DNA of 64,000 nt from positions 188,792,069 to 188,856,068 of the forward strand of contig NC_058133.1 of the NCBI RefSeq assembly GCF_016433145.1, written 5' to 3'. The first letter of the stretch is position 1. Each line of letters opens with the position of its first letter. The position numbers were made by a program, and so were the translations under genes. The DNA comes from Gracilinanus agilis (Eukaryota). The notes beneath the pieces were generated by a model. That model had not been told where the DNA came from. It worked only from the letters and a program-made list of their open reading frames with translations, and searched no databases. Shown here one piece after another: positions 24,824 through 38,087 of this stretch.

Positions 24824-25043
24824 GTAAGGGCTAGGCAATCAAGGTTAAATAAATGGCTTGCCCAGGGTCACACGGTGAGGCTAGATCTGAACCCAGGACC
24901 TCCAGTCTCCAGCTACAGAGCCACTTTGCTGCCCCTCAGGGGCTCTCTTATATCTTTCTACTGCCAGTACTTAGCACAGATCCTGGCACAGAAATGGTGA
25001 CTGATTACTGCTTTTTTAAAATTGTTCAGTTGTTTTTCAGGTG

Positions 25044-25681
25044 TGTTGACCTGGAATCTAGAGACCCCAAACTTGTGGCCTGGTGGGATCTGATGAACCC
25101 CAAGTTTTAGGAATAGCTTGTAAGTTGGAGACCTCAAAACTTGGACTCGTTCCCTGTTCCCCTAAGAATCCATCCAGAAGGGAATCTCTGGCTAGCAGTT
25201 GCAGACTGAATAATGGACCTTTGGGTAAATGCTAAATACCCTTTTGTCTTAGGTAGTCGTGCCCATAGTCAGAGACCCTTTCCCAGGAAGACACACCTGG
25301 GCAGGGACCATCCTTTAATATCCATGGTAAGTAGCCCTTCCTTTACACCCTAGCCTTTGGCTAGGATTCCTTTCCCAAGATTGATTGAATCCAGTCAGTA
25401 GGATGTAATCAATCACCTTTCCCTGCCCCAGGATCTTCCCAAAAGGTATATAGGTTCCCCAATTTCTTTTGTTCCCAGGATTCCTCATCTAGCTCAGTGG
25501 CACTCCCTTGGGGTCAGGACAAGAGCAAGCAGTGTTCAATCCTCAGACTCTGCATAGGGTGTGTGGCGTGTGGCATGTGTCTCCAGGCTCGGAGTGGAGG
25601 CCTAATCAGCCCTGTCCCCCTTTTCCTTAATTAAAGAGAGGCTTTCCTGACTAATAGTTCTGTGTTTTTTCAGAGTCAACA
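25044..25681 (+). mobile_element. Solo LTR upstream of IFI35
   Basis: TG...CA ends, TATATA at 25447-25452, ATTAAA at 25630-25635; homologous to 22105-22731. Confidence 0.8.
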
Positions 25682-25889
25682 CACAACCAATAATAATAAT
25701 AGCAGCTAATATTTACATAACAGTTTAAAGCCTTTTTGCATTTCTCCTTTCCTTTTATTGAAAAAATTCATTTAGAAAATGGCAGTTAATAAAGGACAGA
25801 GAAGAGAAATTAAAGAAATGGGAGAATTGGGGGAAGCCATAGAGAACATAAAAAGAACTAAATATGCTACTGACTGGTTTAATTGGTTA

Positions 25890-25945
25890 AGAACAAAAAA
25901 CCTGCTCTCCAGAAGCTTCCTTCTGGAGAGCAGGTTCTTTGTTCT
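25890..25945. repeat. 56-nt near-perfect inverted repeat (26-nt arms, 1 mismatch, 4-nt loop)
   Basis: AGAACAAA-A-AACCTGCTCTCCAGAAG-CTTC-CTTCTGGAGAGCAGGTT-C-TTTGTTCT. Confidence 0.9.
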
Positions 25946-28900
25946 CTCCTTCTCTGACTCTGTTTCAAACAAATTTAAAGTGATGGGTATTGTGTATTAT
26001 TACTTTTTTTCAGGAAGTGGCAGGGAGCTGCAGTATGACAAAAGCATGGCCAGGCAGAGTTTTGTGCAAAACTCCTTCCCAAGGTCCTAGATAAACCAAA
26101 GGTTTTTTAATCCAGTGAATCTCTAATGATGAGTCAGAGCAAGGCAGGCTCTAGTTGACTTCCAGCTGGGCACTGGCTCCTGGTTTTGCTTTAGGAAATC
26201 CTATTGATTCAGAAGGGAATAGAATTTGACAAAACATGAGACACTTGAAACATGCTTTGTTTACCCTTCCTGTTTTAGTTTCTGGCTTGTGAGGCATTTG
26301 TTTCTGTTGTTTATCTTGTGTGTGTAGGTGGTTTTGGGTCATAAAAATCAGGAGGCATAAATTATCTCAAATTAATGAGTTTATTGTCACAGGCAATAGC
26401 CAGAGTGCAGACATGTAGGCTGAAACATGCACACAAGTAGCTAGCCCCCAGAGAGGCTAGATTCTCCTAAATCACCCTGATTTTTGAACACTTGATCAAA
26501 CAACTCTGGCTTCTCTTTCCCAAACATTGTTCTCTTGTTGATATAATATTGACGCAAGTCCTTTTTCTTATGCTGAAATTATTCCATTTTCCAGAATGTC
26601 CAGATGTCTCCTTTACAAACAATCCTGACATTTATTAGAAATTCTATTGCCTCCTTTTTCTGTTTTGCAACCTTGTGATTCATCGCCAATTAACTCTTAT
26701 TAAAGCATTTTGTTAGTCATACACAAAAACCCTTGAGTGGCCTGCATGAGCCCAGAAGAAAAATAGCTGGCTGCTCCTAAAGGATTATTTCCTTTCATTT
26801 CTGTATTGATGCTGGCATGGAGTTTGGAGATCTCAGGCTCTTAGGCATCCCTGACCAGCATCCATCCAACAGTCGCTGACAAACTTAGCCATGGGGACAG
26901 TTAGGTAGCACAGTGGTTAGAGGGCCAGACCTGAAGTCAGGAGGTCCTGGGTTCAAGTCTGACCCCTGGCACTTCCTAGCTGGGTGACCTTGGGCAAGTC
27001 ACTTAATCCCAAATGTCTAGCCCTTACCATTCTTCCCTCTTATAATTGAAACTAAGACAGAAGTAAGGGTGTTTTTTTTTCCCTAAACCCTTACCTTCCA
27101 CCTTGGAATCAATACTGTGTATTGGTTCCAAGGAAGAAGACTGGTAAGAGCTAAGCAATGAGGGTTAAGTGACTTCCCCAGGGTCACACAGTTAGGAAGT
27201 GTCAGGTCAGATTTGATCTCAAGAAAATGAAACTTCCTGCCTTCAGTCCTAGCACTCTATCCACTGAGCCACCTTACTGTCATACAAGATCCATACAGGG
27301 TTAAATTAGAGGTAAACTTGGAGGGAAGGGACCAAAGCATGTGTGTAGGGTTGGGGGGGAGGGGAGTACAGTACAGGGCCCTGAGAATGGCCTGCTGCAC
27401 ACGATGGGATCTCAATTGTGTCTTGTAAGAAGTCAGTAGGTACAGGTGAGGAGGGAGAACATTTCAGGCATGTGGGACATCAGGTGAAAGAAAGACATTG
27501 GCCGAGTGGACAGTCTCCTGTGAGACCAAGATGACCGGTGTTGCTAGGTAGTAAGCTTGTTGACTGACAATAGAGTGTCATCTTCAAAACCAAATCCCCA
27601 CACCTGAGTGAGTACAAACCAGCTAGCTCAGAGGGAAAACAGTCTAAGAGTTGAGAGATTTATTAGGTGATAGAATTACATTAAAAATATTTAACTTGAT
27701 CAGGGTATAGAAGAGGTAGAAAAGAAAGGACATATTTTGATGAGAGATCCTTTCCAAATTGGGGTGGGGCACAGGAGTGTTGAGGTAGGGCTGAGGAGAG
27801 CATTAAAGACCTTAAAGAATGGGGCAAAAAAAGAGGCAAGTGGGCAAATCCATTAGGTTTGTGAGCTCCTCCAGGGCAGCAACTGCATCCACAATTTTTG
27901 GCCCATTAGGAGGAACATAGCAAGTATTTGATGTTTATTGACCCAATAAAAGTACTGGACATGGCCAAGAGCAATTAAGTTTGGGCCAGGCACCCAGGAT
28001 ATTATACAGAGAATAGTAAAAACCTGGAAAGGCAAAAGGGGCCAGGTTGGAGGAGGCCTAGAATAGCAGTTTATTCATTCAATTGATTTTTTGTTCCCAT
28101 TTGATTAAATAAATTTTATTAATGTATTTTTAAAAAAATCCTTATCTTCCATCTTAGAATTAATATTATATATTGGTTCCAAGGCAGAAAAGCAGTAAGG
28201 CCTAAGCAATGGGGGTTAAGTGACTTTCCTGGGGTCACACAGCTAGGAAGTATCTGAGGGCAAATTTGAATCCAGGTTCCCTGGCTGTAGGCCTGGTTCT
28301 CGATCCACTGAGCCATCTAGCTGCTACCCCCACCCATGATTTGTTTTTATGTTAGCAAGATTTACTCTCACATTCCTCCCGTAGCTATCCTTATAACAAG
28401 AAATTAAAAAAACAAAAGGAATAAAGAGAAAAAAATCACATATATCAACGAATACATAAAAAAAAAAATCTGACAGTTCTGCTTTGTCTGTTCCTAACCC
28501 ATTGACCACCCTACTCTCACCTTCACAAAGTACTGGGAGGAGAACTTGTGGGGCCAATCCTGATCTTTATAATTTCACCACATAGAGAGTATCTGTTTAA
28601 GAAGCCTGGACTTTATTCTGTACAGAAAACCCCTGCTGGTTTCTGAGCAGAGGAGTGCTTTACCTTAGAAACATTATATCCGTTCTTCATCCTTTTCTCA
28701 GTATTTTGCTTGGCCATCTGCTCTGGCTGTGTATGCTTTCCTGCCTTCTCACTTTTAACTCCTTGGTGCACCAGTAGAACTCGACACTATTTCTCCCTCT
28801 CCAGGCCCTTACCCCAGCACCACTCAAGCCTTGCCAAACCTAGAATTAGAACTATTATTTACCTCCTCTGCTCTTAACCGAATGTTGCTGATGGATGAAA

Positions 28901-29869
28901 TCTTTCAACTGGATTTGTGATTTCACTGGTCTAAGTAACTCTCTGGTAAGGAAACTCCTTCAACCAAATACAGGTTGGAACCTTACCTGAAACTTAAGGA
29001 TTTCCTAAAGAATCAAGAGGTCTGGCGATTTGAATTGGGATCACATGTCCAGTATATCTTAGAGGCCTGCTGGCCCTTTAACCAGGCTGTATAGATTTCT
29101 CTGCTGCTGCTGCTGAGATCCACTACAAATTCATGAACATCAATTGAAATCTCATTGAAGTCAGGCTCTCCTTCTACACCTACTTAGTTTTTTATTCTAT
29201 TCCCCAAAATTCTTCTCTCAAGGTCCCCTATGACCCTCTTAACTGAGGTCTTGCCTCATCCTTTACCAAAGAAACTGAGGCTATTTATCAAAAGTTCTCT
29301 TCCCTTCCTTTTCTCATAATCCTCTAGATATTATTGAACATTTCCTCCTTTCTCCTGGTTCCTGATGAAGAGAAGGGTCCTTCTTACCAAGGTAAGTAAA
29401 GATACTCCTTATCAAATACATCTTTCATCTACCATAGACTACTCTCACTATAATTCCCTTTATCAAATCTTTAACCCCATCTATAAAAACACCTTGGATC
29501 TTATTATGGCTGCTAACAAAGATCTAATCTCCCCTTTCTCATGCAGACTCTTTGAAAAAGTCAAATAGGGAGCAGCTAGGTGTTTCAGTAGGCTAGAGAC
29601 AGGAGGTCCTTTGTTCAAATCTGACCTTAAGACACTTTCTATCTGTGTGACCTTGGGCAAGTCACTTAACCCCCATTGCCTAGCCCTTACTGCTCTTCTG
29701 CCTTGACACCAATACAGTACTGTTAGGGTTTAAGAAAAAAAAAAGTCAAATAGATTTGGTGCAACCACTTATTCTCTTTCCTTAACCATGTACCCACCTC
29801 CCTGCCAACAATCAGGTTTCCTACCCCATTGCTACACAGAAATGGTTCTCTCCAAAGTTACTAATTTAA

Positions 29870-30720
29870 ATTTTTTTTTCTCAATTACATGTAAATAAAA
29901 AGTTGACACTAATTTTTTTAAAATTTTGTGTTCTAAATTATCTCCCTCTTTCCTTGAGAAGGTGAGCAATTTGATAAAAGATTATATATGCAGTCATGCA
30001 AGACATTTCCATATTTGCTGTTACAAACGAAAACACAAACCAAAAAAAAAATGTTTTAAGAATAAATTATGGGGGGCAGCTGGGTAGCTCAGTGGAGTGA
30101 GAGTCAGGCTTAGAGACAGGAGGTCCTAGGTTCAAACCCGGCCTCAGCCACTTCCCAGCTGTGTGACCCTGGGCAAGTCACTTGACCCCCATTGCCCACC
30201 CTTACCAATCTTCCACCTATGAGACAATACACTGAAGTACAAGGGTTTTAAAAAAAAAATAAATTATGCTTCACTCTGCATCCAAACTCCATCAGTTCTT
30301 TCTTTGGTGGTGGATAGTATTTTTTATCTAGAATTATCTTGGATCATTGTACTGCTGACAATAGCTAAGCCATTCACAGTTCATCATTACAATAATACCG
30401 TTGTGTACAATATTCTCCTAGTTTTGCTCCTTTTTACTTTTCATCAGTTCATGTAAATCTTAAAGAGGTTCTGAAATCATCCTGTTCATTATTTCTTATA
30501 CCTCAATAGGATTCCATTACAATCCTGTTCAGCCATTCCTCAACTGATGGGCATCCTTTCAATTTCCAATTCTTTGCCACCACAAAAAGAGCTGTTCTAC
30601 AGACCTAGCAGCGGTTTTGCTGGGTCAAAAGCCTTGCAGTTTTATAACGTTTTGGACAAGGTTCCAAATTGGTCTCCAGAATGATTGGATCAATTTGCAA
30701 TTCCATGACAGTGTATGTCC
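29870..30720 (-). mobile_element. Antisense LINE-1 3' fragment interrupted by a young SINE
   Basis: CCATTCCTCAACTGATGGGCATCC...TTCCAATTCTTTGCCACCACAAAAAGAGC is the reverse complement of the L1 segment seen at about 21150-21210. Confidence 0.7.
30071..30258 (+). mobile_element. Young full-length SINE (SINE1_Mdo-like); TSD AATAAATTATG
   Basis: Intact head and B box, A tail and flanking direct repeat; nearly identical to 54256-54446 and 56871-57066. Confidence 0.9.
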
Positions 30721-31724
30721 TTTCTTTTTCATATTCCCTCCCCCCACAAATTTTTTTGTTCTTTTCCTTATTAATGATCTCTTACTGACCAAATCTGTGA
30801 CTTATCCATCCTCATCTTCCTAAACTTCTCTGCAGCAGGTGACTTTCATGACTATGATTCTCCCTGTATAACCACTCATCAATATCACACTGATCGTACA
30901 CTTCCAAGGCTTTCCTAGACCCCTTTTCTTGGTGGCCTCATCAGTTTCATGAGTCCAATTACCTTTGATCAGATCTATACATCCTCCTGATATCCCTCTA
31001 GTCTTATATCCCCTACTGTCTCCTGGGCACTTTGAACTAGACTGCCAGCTACTGATGTCTGAAATGACTCATCTTTCCTCTTAATACCTTTCAAAGCTTT
31101 GAATGTATGGTTAAGATTATATCTCTAGTTTGTCAATGCTTGGATTTTTATTTCACTAATTAAGAAATGGAATAAAATAGCCTAATTCTGGTAGAATTTT
31201 GTGGGAAGAGTACCATCTTCCCCACTCTGTGAGTCAATTTTTAATCAATAATTTAAGTCATAGAATTAATGAGAATAAATGTTATGTGGGAGAACCCCTT
31301 CTGTGCATTTTCTTCTGTGCAGGGGACCCTCTTTTATCAGGAAATACCATATTTTTCTTGTTAAAAAAATACAATATCCATTTACATAGCTATTGTTCTG
31401 GTTCGGGTTCTCATAAAAGAGCCTATTTTTTAAACATCCAACCCATTCCAATCTATCCTCCACATAGCCACCAGTTATTTTTCTAAAAGTAAGTCTGATC
31501 ACAAACTCCTATTTGGTATTTAAATCTCTTTACAGGGTTCCAATGATTTTGGAACAAAACTACTTCTTTAAATGCAATTTTTGTCTAAAGTTAAAAGAAT
31601 TTTAAAATTTTTACCTTTTGGCTGAGTTATGTTAAATATTGGTTCCATAGCAAAAGGGTACCGAGTGCTAGATAATTGGCGTTGTGACTTACTCAAGGTC
31701 CTGCAGCTAAGGCCACATTTGAAT

Positions 31725-32580
31725 TGTGTAAATTAAATTAGCTTACCCTCATTCATTCTTTAGATTTTAGCCACCAGAAATGTCACCCCACCCAACTTAG
31801 AATTAAGTGGGGAGGTCTGTGACCCACATGTGATAGTGATAAATCAAAAACAAGGGACTGCCCAGGCGGGGCAGTCCAAAACAGTACTGAGTAGACTATT
31901 TGTCCAAGTGAAACTGGATGTGGACTCAGGAAGTGAAGAAAGATGCTTTTATTTAAATTAATTAATTTATTTAAGGCCCTAGCCTTCAGTCTTGGTAGTC
32001 AATACTGTGTATTGGCTCCAAGGCAGAAGAGTGGTAATCGTAGGCAATGGGGGTCAAGTGACTTGCCCAGTCACACAGCTGGGAAGTGTCTGAGGCCTGA
32101 TTTGAACCTAGGACCTCCCTTCTCTAGATGCTATCTTTTAAATATGATGGAAACTTCCTGTGTAGAGCCTGTTATCACTTTGAACTGGGAGTTGAAGGAG
32201 CTCTGGTGAGACCTCAGGCTGCTTCCCTTTGAATTGTCACGTGGGTAAGTTAAGCAACTTTCTCTTCCCTTGGTGTTTCTGAAGGCTCTAGCCTCAAGGA
32301 GGCCTCTCTTCTTAGAGGAGGCCTTGTGGCTAGAAGCCTTGTTTAATTAACTTCTGTACCCCTCTGCTGGGGCCTCTGAATCCCTACCTGGTTTGGGCGT
32401 CTTGTCCAGGCCAGAGTTTCTCAATTTCCTTACCTTCAACCTTCCTAATTGTAAATAAACCACCATAAAAATCATCCTGACTTGGGTTTCTTTTATTTCG
32501 AAATTGAGTTAATCGATTTCTGGTGACCAAACCTTAAATGTCTAGTCCAACCATAATAATTCCTATTCTCCCCTCTTAAG
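31725..32580 (+). mobile_element. Probable solo LTR, inserted in a SINE and itself interrupted by a SINE (about 31975-32125)
   Basis: TG start, AATAAA near 32454, and SINE halves on both sides (GGCCACATTTGAA...AACCTAGATTTCCTGTCTCCAAGCCTGG). Boundaries are approximate. Confidence 0.5.
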
Positions 32581-33603
32581 AACCTAGATTTCCTGTCTCC
32601 AAGCCTGGTAGTCACTTCTTATTTAAAAGTTTTTATCAGAGTCGACCAAGCTGGAAGTCACTCAACTCATAAAAAATGATTTTCAATTGTCATATATAAA
32701 TCAGCAAACAGAAAGCCCAGCAGCCCAATGCAAGCACTCCCTCTCTCCCTCCACTGTCTGAGGTAATGGGGGATAGAGGAGGGGAGTTAGGGCTTGCCTC
32801 AAAGGCAGCTTTAAGTTTCAGTTTGAGAACACATTCAGGGGGGCAGCTGGGTAAGATTAAGTCAGGCCTAGAGACAGGTCCTAGGTTCAAATCTGGCCTC
32901 AGACACTTCCCACTCTTCCACCTAGGAGCCAATACACAGAAGGGTTTTTTAAAAAAGTTCATTAAAGCTGGACTAAGGTGTTAAGTGATTCCTTTTTTTA
33001 CAGAGGCATTTTTTTAGGTACATGAGAAGAGAATGGGGTTCCTAAGGTAACAGGAAGCTCTAAAATAAATGTACCTCAAATTGGCTTCTACCCTATCTGT
33101 GAAGTCTTCTTATATATTATACCTTTACTGCCTCCTACAGTATGCACCACTAACCTACTTACTGTTGCCTACACTTAACACTACTTCCTTATACCTTCAT
33201 ATTGGCTGGAATGGGACAGCTACTAAGATTAGAGCACCCAGCCTAAATCAGGAAAACCTCAATTCAAATTCAGCTTCAAGGCACTTAATAGCAATGAGAT
33301 CCAAGGTAAGTCACTTAACCCGGTCTGCTTCAGTCTTCCCAACTGTAAAATTAGCCGAAGGAAATGGCAAACCACTCCAGTATCTTTGCCAAGAAAACCC
33401 CAAATGTGAAAAAGCAGCACATCTGGAATAAACTCCTACACTTCTTGGAATTCCCGATTTCCTTCAAAACTTAGCTAAATTACCTCCTTTACTAAGAGTT
33501 CTTCTTACTCTTTTATGGGTCATGGGTTCTTATGGTGAAACCTACAGAATCATTCTCAGAATGCTTTAAAATATAGGAGCCACAATTACAAAGGACACTA
33601 TGC

Positions 33604-33950
33604 ACAAGTATCCCTCCCACACTGAGGGGAATAGGGGCAGGCACCCCCTCAATCTAGAAAATCTTCAAAAAAAATTTTAGCCCTCTCTTGGGATCAAAGA
33701 AGGCTTAATTTTTTCCCTTTTCTTTTATGGGATGTTTACAATACCTTATTGTAAAATTTGGGTTTGGGTTTAAGTATTTGGTCAAAGGCTATATATGTAG
33801 GTTAATGTTAAGTAAAAATGAATTCCTAAACTTTTTGTGTCATCTGCAGCTTCCACAAAACTCCCCCAAATTCCGATTTTTTTTTAATGCCAACCTGTAT
33901 ATAACAAAATCATAACGGGGAAGAGTTGCCATGTGGATGGAATACCTGTA
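33604..33950. mobile_element. Probable Tc1/mariner (Tigger-like) MITE
   Basis: Imperfect terminal inverted repeats CACAAGTATCCCTCCCACA / TGTGGATGGAATACCTGTA around an AT-rich interior. Confidence 0.45.
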
Positions 33951-34358
33951 TACTGAAATGAAGTCATAAAAATATTTTAAATAACAAGTTCATATGGACT
34001 GCAAATTATGAACCTCTGGTTCTGCATGAAACCTTTCCCAGTCTCCTCAGCTACTAGTGTATTTCCTCCTCAGAACCACCTCTCTGTATATCTATGTCCA
34101 TGATTCCAATTGGAATGTAAGCCCCCTGAGAAGAGAGGTTTCAGTTTTCTGTACATGTGCAGGGATTAGCACAGCGACAGGTACAAAGCAAGTGTTCAAT
34201 AAAGGGCTACATGTGTATATGCACATACATGTCCTATCCCACTCTACTCCTCTCTGCTCCCTTTCTCACTTAATGAAACAAGTAATCAAATTCATTCTCT
34301 TCTATCTAGAAAAGATGATTTTGATCTCAATGTACTCTAAGAATGAGACGCAGAAATG

Positions 34359-34382
34359 TTTATTTTTAATAAACATTTTATT
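34359..34382 (-). terminator. RPL27: RPL27 tandem polyadenylation signals (AATAAA 34377-34382, ATTAAA 34365-34370, AATAAA 34359-34364)
   Basis: Located 20-45 nt after the TAG at 34404; short 3'UTR typical of ribosomal-protein mRNAs. Confidence 0.8.
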
Positions 34383-34403
34383 CACTGAGCAGGAAGAGTA
34401 GTT

Positions 34404-36575
<2,172 letters not shown>

Positions 36576-36777
36576 CTAAGCGCGGAGGAGGCCTTGGGCA
36601 CCGCCGGCCTCAAAACCAGCCCCTGCTCCTTCAGCTTCCCCTCGGGTCCACATCCCCCTCCCAGCCTGCAGGCCCGGAGGCCTCCGGGTTCTGGTTGAAG
36701 GGGCCTCCAGGGCCCCTGGCATCCTGTAGGGCGCGGATGGCATCGGATCCTACCGTAGTCAGGAGCCTGGCACTTAC

Positions 36778-36815
36778 CGACACGAAGCGGGTAGCTGCTG
36801 GAGCCAAAAGGAAGA
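36778..36815 (-). other. RPL27: RPL27 non-coding exon 1 with 5' terminal oligopyrimidine tract (TCTTCCTTTT)
   Basis: TOP tract at 36806-36815, donor TCG|GTAAGT at 36777, and an upstream ETS-type GCGGAAGTG at about 36854-36862 in a CpG island. Confidence 0.8.
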
Positions 36816-37419
36816 CTGCACGCTTCCGCTGACCTTTCACACCAGGTTAACGTCACTTCCGCCTTAGGCCACTCCTCCGAGCCTAGGCTTTCGAGTTGCG
36901 CCCGACGAATCCGACCGGTTGTGGGCGGAAGAAACTTTTTGGGTTGGTGGCGGGGCCTGGCGAGTTATCTGATCAAATTAGGCTTTATTAGCAGCCCAGT
37001 TCGCGGACAGGGACACGGAACTGCTACCCTGTCCCTGGGATTTGGAGTTAGGGCCGGATTCAGGATTTAGAGGCAATGAAGGGACATCCTCCCTTACCCA
37101 GGAGAACAGATAGGACTGGGGGAGTGTAGAATCTGAAGACCTCCATCCCTCCACTTGTTTTTTTCTTTATTGCAACTAGCCCCTTCACGGAGGTCAGGCA
37201 GTTAGTTAACAAACGCTTATTAAGTTCCTACTATGTGCCAGGGACTGTGCTAAACGTGTGGATGTGAAGAGAAGACAATCTATGGCCTCGAAGAAGAATG
37301 ACCAGAAGCGGGGTCCAGTCCCACCTTCCTCTGTTTTAGTCCTTCCCCAACTCCTGTCCATTCATCACTCTTCTGACATTGGTACAGGTTTGACCACGTG
37401 ACCGCCCCCCTTTTCTCCC

Positions 37420-37830
37420 TTTCCTAAATTCTTGTGGCCTCTGATCACTATCAGGATCAAATATAAAACCCCGTTTGGCTCTCAGAGCTCATCACCTGGC
37501 CCCTCCCGGCTGTAACTTGCACACGGCACTCCATCTCCACACTCCCACGTGTTTTCTCTGGCTGTCTCTTGCCTGGAAAGTCTTCCATCATCTCGGCCTC
37601 CTGGCTTCTTCCCTGTTTCCTTTTAGGTCTCAGCTAAGGTCTCGCCTTTGGACAGAAGCCTTTCCCATTGTTTCTCCTTTATCTTAAGTCCCTTCTGGGA
37701 TGATCCTCAAGTTATCCATTATAGACCTTTTCTGTACATAGCTATTTGCAAGTTGTCTCAGACTTTGTATTCCCAGCACTTGGCGTGGTGCCTGGCAACA
37801 AATGATTGTTCTAAAACTACTTCATTCAAT
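37420..37830 (+). mobile_element. Ancient LINE-2 3' fragment
   Basis: Typical L2 3' region (GCCTGGAAAG...CCCAGCACTTGGCGTGGTGCCTGGCA...). Similar L2 remnants occur at about 28560-29800, 36040-36400, 53400-53960(-) and 55440-56430. Confidence 0.6.
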
Positions 37831-37895
37831 GCTCTAAAGGAGTATCTATTATTTAAGGAGAAAACATTGTCTTCTGGGTGTCTCAGCATGTAGAC

Positions 37896-38087
37896 CAGTG
37901 ATTCCCAAAGTGGGTGCTACCGCCCCCTGGTGGGTGCTGCAGCGATATAGGGAGGCAGTGATGGCCACAGGTGCATTTATCTTTCCTATTAATTGCTATT
38001 AAAATTTTTAAAAATTAATTTCCAGGGGGCTAAGTAATATTTTTTCCGAAAAGGGGACAGTAGGCCAAAAAAGTTTGGGAACCACTG
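37896..38087. mobile_element. Non-autonomous hAT MITE (192 bp) with perfect 8-bp TSD ATGTAGAC, carrying a CTCF motif
   Basis: TIRs CAGTGATTCCCAAA / TTTGGGAACCACTG; TSD at 37888-37895 and 38088-38095; CGCCCCCTGGTGG at 37921-37933. Confidence 0.9.

Noticed and set aside
25779-26090. 103-aa ORF as a possible ERV or novel protein
   Set aside because: No recognisable gag/pol/env motif, splice context or promoter; only the palindrome inside it is supported.
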